From positions 218,890-282,889 of the forward strand of contig JACKFJ010000001.1 in NCBI GenBank assembly GCA_020632535.1: 64,000 nt of DNA, given 5' to 3'. Shown one piece after another: positions 24,432-32,510 of this stretch (the stretch's first letter is position 1; every line of letters starts with the position of its first letter). The notes below the pieces were generated by a model. That model was not told the origin of the DNA. It made no database searches and saw only the letters and a program-made list of their open reading frames with translations. This DNA comes from Candidatus Omnitrophota bacterium (GTDB lineage: Bacteria; Omnitrophota; Gorgyraeia; Zapsychrales; JANLHA01). The position numbers and the translations under genes were made by a program.

Positions 24432-26225
24432 ATGAAAAATTATCTTAAATTATTGGGTTTTTTAAAAGACCATAAGAAACTTTTTTCTATCGCGATTGTC
24501 ACATTGTTTATTTCCAGCCTCTTTGAAGGGGTGCAGTACACGCTTTTGATCCCTTTAACTGACCGAATTTTTAATAAAAAACAGATTGTTTTTCCCAACG
24601 AAATCCCTGAATTTGCTCGTAATATCATCGATAAACTCAATTCGACTGATCCGGCTACGCTGCTTAGTATTTTGCCATGGCTGATTGTGATTTTGATGAT
24701 TGTTAAACATGTTTTTGTCTATTTGAGTTCGTATTTGATGAATGATTTGTCACAAAGAGTTATTCGTGACATACGCGATAAACTTTATGCCAAAATTCAA
24801 AGTTTTTCTTTGGACTATTTTAGTGAGAGACGGACAGGAGAGCTTTTGTCCCGCATCACCAATGATGTCGCTGTTGTTGAGAATGCGGTTTCGTATGGAG
24901 TTACGGATCTTTTTCGCCAATCTTTTTTGATTTTGATGTATGTGAGTATTGCTTTCTCGATTCATTTTAAAGCGGCGTGTGTGATTTTCATTATTCTGCC
25001 AATGATTGGTTGGCCTTTAAGCCGTATTGGCGCGAAGTTACGCAAATTGTCCAAGCGCACTCAGGAGAATATGGCAGACGTCAACTCTATTTTGTTAGAG
25101 ACGATTTCCGGCGTTCGCGTGGTAAAGGCTTTTAGCACCGAGTCATATGAAATCAGTCGTTTTCGTGCCAAAAATCAGGAAGCTTATAAGTTGCGTTTAA
25201 AAGCTGTTAAACGCATTTTGCTAATGAATCCCATTACCGAGTTGTTTGGACTTTTATGTGGAATTGCCATTATTTTGTGGATGGGCAAGCAGGTTATGAA
25301 TGATCATTTGTCCTTTGGTGTTTTTGCCTTTTTCTTAAGTTCAATTCTTTTAATAATTAGTCCTTTGAAAAAATTGGGTAATGTCCACGCCATGACACAG
25401 CAGGCGCTGGCGGCAAATGAACGCATTTATGATGTCCTTGATCAGTTGCCAACCGTACAAGAAAAGCCAGCCGCATTGGCACTCTCGACGATTCAAGAAA
25501 ATATTAAACTCGAGAATGTTTCTTTTCGTTATGAAAAGGAAGGGGACGCGATCCTTAAAAATATTAATCTCGAAATTAAAGTTGGAGAATTGGTTGCGAT
25601 CGTAGGTCCTACGGGAACGGGCAAGTCGACTTTAGCGAACTTGATACCACGTTTTTATGATGTTAATAGCGGACGTGTCAGTGTTGATGGCAAGGATGTT
25701 CGAGATGTGACGTTTATGTCTTTGCGCAGCCAGATCGGCATTGTGGCGCAGGAAACATTTTTGTTTAATGATACGGTTGGCGCGAATATTGCTTATGGAA
25801 CGCCGAAGGCAACACAAGTTGATATTGAGCAAGCCGCGCAGCGCGCTTTCGCGCATCAATTTATTGTTAAAATGCCGGAAGGGTATGGCACAATCATTGG
25901 GGATCGAGGCTTTCGCTTGTCCGGTGGTGAAAAGCAACGCATTGCCATTGCGCGCGCGATTTTGCGTAACCCGCCGATTTTGATTCTTGACGAAGCGACG
26001 TCACAGCTTGACTCGGAATCCGAAAAGTTTGTTCAAGATGCTTTGGACAAACTCATGATGGGGCGCACGGTTATTGCAATTGCCCACCGTTTATCCACGA
26101 TTAAAAAAGCAAACAAGATTGTGGTCTTAGAAAAAGGGAATATTGTCGGATTAGGTTCACATGACGAATTGTTAAGTAGTTGTTCTCTATATAAACGTCT
26201 TTATGAAACTCAATTTGCGGTATAA
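24432..26225 (+). CDS. msbA: Lipid A/lipid export ABC transporter, fused permease-ATPase (MsbA-like)
   Basis: Six-helix TMD, Walker A GPTGTGKST, signature LSGGEKQR, Walker B ILILDEATS. Located in an LPS context, divergent from lpxB. Confidence 0.82.
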   Translation: MKNYLKLLGFLKDHKKLFSIAIVTLFISSLFEGVQYTLLIPLTDRIFNKKQIVFPNEIPEFARNIIDKLNSTDPATLLSILPWLIVILMIVKHVFVYLSSYLMNDLSQRVIRDIRDKLYAKIQSFSLDYFSERRTGELLSRITNDVAVVENAVSYGVTDLFRQSFLILMYVSIAFSIHFKAACVIFIILPMIGWPLSRIGAKLRKLSKRTQENMADVNSILLETISGVRVVKAFSTESYEISRFRAKNQEAYKLRLKAVKRILLMNPITELFGLLCGIAIILWMGKQVMNDHLSFGVFAFFLSSILLIISPLKKLGNVHAMTQQALAANERIYDVLDQLPTVQEKPAALALSTIQENIKLENVSFRYEKEGDAILKNINLEIKVGELVAIVGPTGTGKSTLANLIPRFYDVNSGRVSVDGKDVRDVTFMSLRSQIGIVAQETFLFNDTVGANIAYGTPKATQVDIEQAAQRAFAHQFIVKMPEGYGTIIGDRGFRLSGGEKQRIAIARAILRNPPILILDEATSQLDSESEKFVQDALDKLMMGRTVIAIAHRLSTIKKANKIVVLEKGNIVGLGSHDELLSSCSLYKRLYETQFAV

Positions 26226-26302
26226 GAAAAATAATTTTTCTTATGACAAAGCTGCATCTATCCGTTAAGATTAAATAAATTTATCAGTGAAAAGGTGATG
26301 AT

Positions 26303-27052
26303 ATGAAAAAAAACTCGATGATGTTTATAGTAATGTTTGGTTTGGCTTGTGTTTTTGTGAGCCCAGTTTTGGCGCAATTGACGCCGGATGAAATTGTTGA
26401 AAAAGTAGATGAGATTCGTAACCCTTCCTACGATAACAAATCAGATGTCTCGGTGGTATCGTATAAGCCAAATCGTCCGGATCACGCGACTCGTTATGCT
26501 GTGTGGATTAAGGGTAAAGACAAAACTATTGTTAAAACCACTGAGCCCGAGAATGAACGTGGTCAGGCGCTGTTAATGAGGGAAAATGATTTTTGGGGAT
26601 TTTTCCCAGAAGTTTCCAAGCCGATTCGTATTTCTCTGCAGCAGCGTTTAAACGGGGACGTTGCTAACGGTGATATTGCCCGCACAAATTTTTCTGGTGA
26701 TTATTCTGCCAAACTATTGCGTACCGAAAAGATTTCGGGTAAGGACTTTTATGTTCTGGAATTGCTTTCCAACAAAGATTCAACGACGTACGGCAAAGTA
26801 ATCCTGTGGGTCATGACCGAGAATTTTTGGCCTGTCAAAGCAGAGTTTTATGCGATCAGCGGTAGGTATTTGAAATCCTGTTCGTATGAGGATTATAAAA
26901 CTATTGCCGGAAGACTTCGTCCGTCAAAACTAGTTCTCAAAGACGCGGTTGTTAAAGGCCAATATTCCGTCATTACTTACAATGATATGGTGCAAGCTGA
27001 AATTCCAGAAAAGAATTTTACCAAGGAATATTTGAATAAATTATCAGATTGA
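26303..27052 (+). CDS. Outer-membrane lipoprotein-sorting (LolA-like) periplasmic protein
   Basis: Signal peptide, then a sequence pattern typical of the LolA_like family (LLMRENDFWGFFPEVSKPIRIS, GDVANGDIARTNF, FYVLEL). Confidence 0.7.
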   Translation: MKKNSMMFIVMFGLACVFVSPVLAQLTPDEIVEKVDEIRNPSYDNKSDVSVVSYKPNRPDHATRYAVWIKGKDKTIVKTTEPENERGQALLMRENDFWGFFPEVSKPIRISLQQRLNGDVANGDIARTNFSGDYSAKLLRTEKISGKDFYVLELLSNKDSTTYGKVILWVMTENFWPVKAEFYAISGRYLKSCSYEDYKTIAGRLRPSKLVLKDAVVKGQYSVITYNDMVQAEIPEKNFTKEYLNKLSD

Positions 27053-27059
27053 GGTTGGG

Positions 27060-28538
27060 ATGAAGAATCAGAAATTATTTTGTTTAATTTTTGTAGTGGC
27101 ATTTGTATTGATGTCGCGCGCGGTTTGGGCTGAAGATGCCGCGCCACCGAACGATGATTTTGTGATGCCTGTCATTGTTGATAAGAAAGCGCCGACGTCA
27201 TATATACAAAAGATGCTAATAAGACTTGATGAATTTGAAAAAAATCTTCGTCAGAATCAAAAATATTTAATTGTTGAAGATCAGCTCGCTGATTTAAAAA
27301 AGAAATATGAGGATTTTCAAGATTGGGCGCATATCAAAATTCATGGAAGTTTGGAAAATCAAAGTGCCATCAAAATGTACCAACCCAACAGCGTCACAAA
27401 ATTACGAAATCAAATTTATTTGACCGGTAGCGGAGAATTTTCTCCGACGTTTAAATATTTTGTTTCTGGGCGATTTAACTATGATTCCGTTTTTGCAGTA
27501 TCAGATCATTATAACGCAGGTGTTGAGTCTGATCAAAAAGCGGAGCTGGAATTGCGTGATACTTACATTGATTATTCGACAGGACCGTGGGATATTCGTT
27601 TGGGTAAGCAGCAAGTTGTCTGGGGGGAGGCAGTTGGACTTTTTTATGCTGACGTTGTCAACGCGAAAGATTTACGGGAATTTATTTTGCCTGATTTTGA
27701 ATTTATTCGCATTCCGGAATGGGGGGCGAGTGTCGAATTTACGCAAGGGGATTTTAATTCTCAGTTGATCGTTTTGCCAGGTGTTGAGTTTGACAAGACC
27801 GGTGTCCCCGGGACAGAATTCACATATCCTTTACCTCTCCCGAATAATGTCACGCCATTTACGGTCACGGATCCTAAAGAACCCAAATATGGTTTTGATA
27901 ACAGTAAGATTGGTACTCGTGTTTCGTATTTAATTAATGGTTTAGACGTGGGGGCGTTTTTTCTTAATAGTTGGACTTCGTCTCCGGTTATGTATCGCAC
28001 GATTAACGCGGGTGTTTATAATTTTAACCCGGATTATGAACGACAAAATATTTTTGGGGTGACGTTTTCAAAAGAGATCAATGATTATGTGTGCAAAGGG
28101 GAAGCGGTGTATTATCCCGACGCGCGTTTTTCGGTCAATGATCCGACGGATTTTGATGGGATCAAAGAAAGTGGATATGTGGACTATTTACTTGGGGTTG
28201 ACCATATTTTCTTTAATAAATGGGATGTTAATGTTCAATATACGCAACGATGGATCATGGATTTTGAAAATACATTTATGAACGAAGAAGAGTTTAGTAA
28301 TGGATTCTCGTTTCGCTTAAGTCGAAATTGGTTTAGTCGAAAATTGACAACGGAATTTTTAGCTATTGCGGAATTGCGTGCCCCGGGATTTTTGTATCGT
28401 CCGAAGGTGAGTTACGCGTTGACGGATAATTTGAAAATGGCGGTAGGAGCGGATGTTTTTTCTGGAAATTCTTCAGGACTATTTGGCTATTTTCGTAATC
28501 AGAGTCGTTGGTACACGGAATTGACATATAAGTTTTGA
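27060..28538 (+). CDS. Outer-membrane beta-barrel protein (DUF1302-like)
   Basis: Signal peptide ending in AVWA, the IRLGKQQVVWGEA motif recalled from DUF1302 proteins, alternating beta-strand pattern, and the OMP C-terminal signature TELTYKF. Confidence 0.6.
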   Translation: MKNQKLFCLIFVVAFVLMSRAVWAEDAAPPNDDFVMPVIVDKKAPTSYIQKMLIRLDEFEKNLRQNQKYLIVEDQLADLKKKYEDFQDWAHIKIHGSLENQSAIKMYQPNSVTKLRNQIYLTGSGEFSPTFKYFVSGRFNYDSVFAVSDHYNAGVESDQKAELELRDTYIDYSTGPWDIRLGKQQVVWGEAVGLFYADVVNAKDLREFILPDFEFIRIPEWGASVEFTQGDFNSQLIVLPGVEFDKTGVPGTEFTYPLPLPNNVTPFTVTDPKEPKYGFDNSKIGTRVSYLINGLDVGAFFLNSWTSSPVMYRTINAGVYNFNPDYERQNIFGVTFSKEINDYVCKGEAVYYPDARFSVNDPTDFDGIKESGYVDYLLGVDHIFFNKWDVNVQYTQRWIMDFENTFMNEEEFSNGFSFRLSRNWFSRKLTTEFLAIAELRAPGFLYRPKVSYALTDNLKMAVGADVFSGNSSGLFGYFRNQSRWYTELTYKF

Positions 28539-28629
28539 TAATCGTGCATCTGAAATGTGTGGAAGTGCTGGCGCTCCCCGTGAAGCCTGCTTCGTTGTAA
28601 TCCGCACCACCCCAGACGTAAAGAAATAG

Positions 28630-28657
28630 TTGCCAAAGTAGATTTATTTGTTATACT
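28630..28657 (+). promoter_or_regulatory. Candidate promoter for rpsB-tsf-pyrH-frr with an extended -10 element
   Basis: TTGCCA at 28630-28635, a 16-nt spacer ending in TGt, and TATACT at 28652-28657 (TGnTATACT). This would give a leader of about 150 nt before the rpsB ATG. Confidence 0.5.
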
Positions 28658-28808
28658 ACTGTGCTGTATTTGGAAAAACCTCTTTTTGCTCCGGAAAAAA
28701 GTGGAGGAGTTTAAAAGGTTTAGGGCAGAAGGCCCACAATAAATAAAAAATCACTTAAACTCACTTGTCCCTTTGGGAATTCCGTAAGTGATAAAAACAG
28801 GAGAAAGT

Positions 28809-29600
28809 ATGCAAGACGAAGTTCTAAAGAAGTTGTTGGAATGTGGTACGCATTTTGGTCATCAAACCCGCCGTTGGAATCCTAAGATGAAGAGATTTAT
28901 TTTTGGCGATCGTGATGGGATTTACATCATTGATCTCGAAAAAACTGTTCATCATTTAAATGAAGCCAGAGATTTCGCCCGCGACGTTGCGATGAAGGGC
29001 GGATCTATTCTTTTTGTCGGTACCAAAAAGCAGGCGCAGGATGTTATTAAATCCGAAGCCGAACGCGCAGGCATGCCATATATTAACAATCGCTGGATGG
29101 GAGGGCTTTTAACAAACTTCCAGACTGTTCGTAAATCAATTCAGAAAATGATTAAGATCGAGAAAATGATCGAAGATGGTTCGATTAATAATCTGACCAA
29201 AAAAGAAGTCGCGCTTATGACCAAAGAGAAGGATCGTTTGGTTAGAGACGTTGGCGGTATACGTAATGTCGTTGATCAACCGAAAGCCATTTTTGTCGTT
29301 GATTCCAAGCGTGAAGAGATTGTTATTAAGGAAGCGAATCGTTTGCATATTCCTTTAATTGGTTTAATTGATACCAATTGCGACCCGGATGTGATTGATT
29401 ATCCGATTCCCGGCAACGATGACGCTTTAAAGTCGATTCGTTATATTATGACGGTGATTACGGATGCGATTATCGAGGGTCGTCAGGAATTTATGCAGGC
29501 TGAAAATGTCCGTCGTAAGAAAGAAAATCCGACGGAAGTTGAAGCCACGGTAAAGGCGGATGTTGCCAACGACCAAGAATCAATGACTGAAAAAAGCTAA
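28809..29600 (+). CDS. rpsB: 30S ribosomal protein S2
   Basis: LLECGTHFGHQTRRWNPKM and full-length S2 similarity. ATG at 28809 follows AGGAGAAAG; the track GTG at 28788 is upstream of the RBS. Confidence 0.95.
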   Translation: MQDEVLKKLLECGTHFGHQTRRWNPKMKRFIFGDRDGIYIIDLEKTVHHLNEARDFARDVAMKGGSILFVGTKKQAQDVIKSEAERAGMPYINNRWMGGLLTNFQTVRKSIQKMIKIEKMIEDGSINNLTKKEVALMTKEKDRLVRDVGGIRNVVDQPKAIFVVDSKREEIVIKEANRLHIPLIGLIDTNCDPDVIDYPIPGNDDALKSIRYIMTVITDAIIEGRQEFMQAENVRRKKENPTEVEATVKADVANDQESMTEKS

Positions 29601-29628
29601 ACATTACTATATATATAGGGAAGGTAAA

Positions 29629-30159
29629 ATGAATATGACACTTTCGGTAGATGCGATTAAAACATTGCGCGACTTGACATCGTGCGGAGTTATTGAGTGC
29701 AAGAATGCTCTTGAACAGGCTGGTGGGAACATGGACAAGGCGAAGGAAATTTTACAGCAGCGTGGGATGGAGCTTGCCGCGAAAAAGGGCGATCGTATTG
29801 CTAAAGAAGGCCGCGTTGAAGCTTACATTCATATGGGCAACAAAATTGCTGTTCTTGTTGAAATCAATTGTGAGACAGATTTTGTCGCGCGTAACGAAGA
29901 TTTTATTCGTTTTAGCAAAGACGTTGCGATGCATATTGCAGCAATGAATCCAAAGTTTGTCGCTGAAAAAGATGTCCCTGCGGATGAGTTGAATGCCGCA
30001 GTTGATAAAAAAGCATTTTTAGTTGAGACATGTCTTTTAAATCAGCCATTTGTTCGTGAACCGAGCAAAACGATCGGTGAGTATTTGAATACGATTGTTG
30101 CGAAAATTGGTGAAAATATTGTTATCGGACGTTTCACTCGGTATAAGGTTGGGGAGTAA
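29629..30159 (+). CDS. tsf: Elongation factor Ts (short form, 176 aa)
   Basis: UBA-like N-terminus IKTLRDLTSCGVIECKNALEQAGGNMDKA, the core VEINCETDFVARNEDF, and position after rpsB. Confidence 0.9.
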   Translation: MNMTLSVDAIKTLRDLTSCGVIECKNALEQAGGNMDKAKEILQQRGMELAAKKGDRIAKEGRVEAYIHMGNKIAVLVEINCETDFVARNEDFIRFSKDVAMHIAAMNPKFVAEKDVPADELNAAVDKKAFLVETCLLNQPFVREPSKTIGEYLNTIVAKIGENIVIGRFTRYKVGE

Positions 30160-30165
30160 GCAAAG

Positions 30166-30888
30166 TTGAGTCCCAGCAAGCCAATTTATAAAAGTATTTT
30201 GCTCAAGTTAAGTGGCGAAGCCATGATGGGCAAGTTTGACCATGGGATTGACGCGGAAATGTGCGCGTCATTAGCCGGTCAGATCAAAGAAGTTGTTAGC
30301 ATGGGTGTTACCGTTGCGCTTGTCGTCGGTGGTGGGAATATTTTTCGTGGACAGGTTGCGTCAAAGAGTTTTGGTTTAGATCGTTCCGTTGCCGACTATA
30401 TGGGGATGCTGGCGACCGTTTTGAATGGATTGGCATTGCAAAATGCGTTAGAAAAGATTGGTGTCCCGACCCGTGTCATGTCAGCGATTCAAATGCATCA
30501 GGTCGCTGAACCTTATATCCGTCGTCGGGCAATTCGACATTTGGAAAAGAAACGTGTGGTTATTTTTGTTGCCGGAACGGGTAATCCATTTTTTACCACG
30601 GACACGACCGCTGCGTTACGCGCCGCTGAAATGGAAGCGGACGTCATCATGAAAGCGACAAAGGTTGACGGTATTTATTCTGCGGATCCGATGGTTGATA
30701 AAAAAGCGACGAAGTTTCCAGAATTAAAATTTATCGATGTTCTTAAGAAAAAATTAAAAGTCATGGATTTGACAGCTATTAGTATGTGTATGGACAATAA
30801 TGTGCCGATTGTGGTTTTTGATATTAATAAATCCGGCAATATTAAAAGGGCTGTGATGGGTGAGAAAATTGGAACAATTGTTCATTAA
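30166..30888 (+). CDS. pyrH: UMP kinase
   Basis: [39 protein letters not shown] start as in the track. Confidence 0.94.
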   Translation: MSPSKPIYKSILLKLSGEAMMGKFDHGIDAEMCASLAGQIKEVVSMGVTVALVVGGGNIFRGQVASKSFGLDRSVADYMGMLATVLNGLALQNALEKIGVPTRVMSAIQMHQVAEPYIRRRAIRHLEKKRVVIFVAGTGNPFFTTDTTAALRAAEMEADVIMKATKVDGIYSADPMVDKKATKFPELKFIDVLKKKLKVMDLTAISMCMDNNVPIVVFDINKSGNIKRAVMGEKIGTIVH

Positions 30889-30903
30889 CAGAGGGACATT
30901 GCG

Positions 30904-31467
30904 ATGATCAAGGATATTATTAAGGAAGTTGATGGAAAGATGCACAAAGCTGTGGAATCTGTGCAGCGTGAATTTATGGAAGTTCGTACGGGTCGCGCTC
31001 ATCCGGGTTTAATTGAAGGAATGCATATTGATTACTATGGAACACCGACGATGATTAAAACCGTTGCTTCGATTTCAATTCCGGATCCTAAAACAATCAT
31101 TATTCAGCCGTGGGATGCCAACGCGCTTCCAGAAATTGAAAGAGCCATTAATATGTCGAAGCTTGGAATTTCTCCGGTCATTGATGGCAAATTAGTTCGC
31201 TTGATGATCCCTTCACTTTCTAAAGAACGTCGTGATGAATTGGTTAAAGTTGTTAGAGATATGGCTGAACATGGACGGATTTCTTTGCGTACCATTCGTC
31301 GTGATGCTAATGATCGGATTAAGAAAGTGCAGACAGAAGGAAAAGTTTCTGAAGATGATTCATTTCGTGGTCAAGAAGAAATTCAGAAGTTGACCGACAA
31401 ATATATTAAAGATGTTGATCGTGTTCTTGAGGAAAAAAATAAAGAGTTAGCTGAATTCAAGTTGTAG
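30904..31467 (+). CDS. frr: Ribosome recycling factor
   Basis: Full-length RRF pattern (FMEVRTGRAHPGL, IQPWD, LSKERRDELVK, IRRDAND). Confidence 0.95.
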   Translation: MIKDIIKEVDGKMHKAVESVQREFMEVRTGRAHPGLIEGMHIDYYGTPTMIKTVASISIPDPKTIIIQPWDANALPEIERAINMSKLGISPVIDGKLVRLMIPSLSKERRDELVKVVRDMAEHGRISLRTIRRDANDRIKKVQTEGKVSEDDSFRGQEEIQKLTDKYIKDVDRVLEEKNKELAEFKL

Positions 31468-31512
31468 TTTGGTTAGCGCGCGACGTATTGAAATATTGTT
31501 CTTTTAAATTTT

Positions 31513-31588
31513 GACCCACTAGCTCATCAGGTAGAGCACAGCCCTTTTAAGGCTGGTGTGCCGCGTTCGAGTCGCGGGTGGGTCACCA
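31513..31588 (+). tRNA. tRNA-Lys (anticodon UUU), CCA encoded
   Basis: Hand-folded cloverleaf: acceptor GACCCAC/GTGGGTC, D arm GCTC/GAGC, anticodon arm CAGCC-CTTTTAA-GGCTG, T arm CCGCG-TTCGAGT-CGCGG, discriminator A, then CCA. 76 nt. Confidence 0.9.
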
Positions 31589-31610
31589 TATATTTATTGG
31601 TTATTTTGGG

Positions 31611-31740
31611 AAGTCAGGGCGGCGAACGACCTTGCGCAATCTGTGTTCGGGCGGCCTTACGACGGAGCGCTCGGCACTTCTGCGCACATTGCGTGCTCGC
31701 GCGGATGGCGGAATGCCGCTTTGCGGCACGAGTCAGTTCC
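31611..31740. other. GC-rich non-coding island between tRNA-Lys and tRNA-Leu, containing a 15-nt copy of the tRNA-Leu 5' end
   Basis: Visibly GC-rich relative to its flanks and open in all three + frames, which is typical of non-coding GC-rich sequence. gcggatggcggaatg occurs at about 31699-31713 and again at 31792-31806 inside tRNA-Leu. Contains gcgcaatct and cattgcg blocks reminiscent of the repeat family. Confidence 0.6.
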
Positions 31741-31789
31741 AGACTTGTTTGGATGTTCTAAGAAAGTTTAATTTAAAATTAACTTTCTT

Positions 31790-31870
31790 GGGCGGATGGC
31801 GGAATGGTAGACGCGCATGTCTTAGGAACATGTGAGGAAACTCGTGGAGGTTCAAGTCCTCTTCCGCCCA
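31790..31870 (+). tRNA. tRNA-Leu (anticodon UAG), CCA not encoded
   Basis: Acceptor GGGCGGA/TCCGCCC, anticodon arm CATGT-CTTAGGA-ACATG, long variable arm (GAG-GAAA-CTC), T arm GGAGG-TTCAAGT-CCTCT, discriminator A. 81 nt. Confidence 0.85.
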
Positions 31871-31898
31871 TAAATCCAAATACCATAAGTCGTTTTTT

Positions 31899-31972
31899 GC
31901 GGCGGTAATTCAGTTGGCTAGAATGCCACCTTGCCAAGGTGGATGTCATGGGTTCAAATCCCATCCGCCGCT
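31899..31972 (+). tRNA. tRNA-Gly (anticodon GCC), CCA not encoded
   Basis: Acceptor GCGGCGG/CCGCCGC, D arm ATTC/GAAT, anticodon arm CCACC-TTGCCAA-GGTGG, T arm ATGGG-TTCAAAT-CCCAT, discriminator U. 74 nt. Confidence 0.9.
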
Positions 31973-32031
31973 TTTAAAGTTTAAGTTTTACCGAATGTGT
32001 TCTAATTGATGTAGTCTACGTGGAGGAATAA

Positions 32032-32502
32032 ATGAAGATTAGCGAATTTCTTTGTACAAAGGCCGTGACATCCGATTTGAAAGCAACAACAAAAAAGGAA
32101 GTCATCGAAGAACTCGTTGATCTTCTTGTTAAAGCTGGTGCAATTGAAAAAAAGATTCGTAATAAATTAGTTGAAACTCTCATGGCTCGTGAGGCTTTGG
32201 GTTCTACGGCAATCGGCCAAGGCGTTGCTATTCCGCATGGTAAATGTGAGCAAGTTTCTAAATTAACTGCCGCATTAGGTATTAGTAAAAAAGGTATTGA
32301 TTTTGATTCCCTCGACGGGGAACCGGCGTATATTTTCTTTCTCTTGGCTGCGCCGATTGATTCAGCCGGACCTCACCTCAAAGCGCTACAGCGCATTACC
32401 CGCCTTCTTAAAGATAAGTATTTTCGTGAGAATTTCAAGTCCGCGAAGGATGAGAAAATTATTTTGGCACTGTTGACTCAGGATGACGGACAGGCCGTTT
32501 AA
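32032..32502 (+). CDS. ptsN: PTS EIIA-Ntr-type regulatory protein
   Basis: EIIA (fructose/mannitol-type) fold sequence with the active-site block GQGVAIPHGK. About 155 aa with no EIIB/EIIC partner. Confidence 0.8.
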   Translation: MKISEFLCTKAVTSDLKATTKKEVIEELVDLLVKAGAIEKKIRNKLVETLMAREALGSTAIGQGVAIPHGKCEQVSKLTAALGISKKGIDFDSLDGEPAYIFFLLAAPIDSAGPHLKALQRITRLLKDKYFRENFKSAKDEKIILALLTQDDGQAV

Positions 32503-32510
32503 ATATTTTT

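Noticed and set aside
26224-26243. AT-only hairpin aagaaaaa-taa-tttttctt right after the msbA stop, as a possible terminator.
   Set aside because: The stem is entirely A-T, has no following U-tract, and the next gene is 60 nt away on the same strand. There is insufficient support for a rho-independent terminator.
28539-28625. GC-richer patch after the OMP gene that superficially resembles an SRP/4.5S RNA segment (cgaagcaggc on the - strand).
   Set aside because: It lacks the conserved GGAA tetraloop context and the symmetric-loop motifs of SRP RNA. Only weak, mismatched stems can be drawn, and there is no second copy in the window.
31556-31964. Track ORFs 31556-31771, 31558-31761 and 31578-31835 (+), and 31779-31964 (-).
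   Set aside because: All three + frames are open only because the region is GC-rich and non-coding. The ORFs overlap hand-folded tRNA-Lys, tRNA-Leu and tRNA-Gly genes, so they are not credible CDS.
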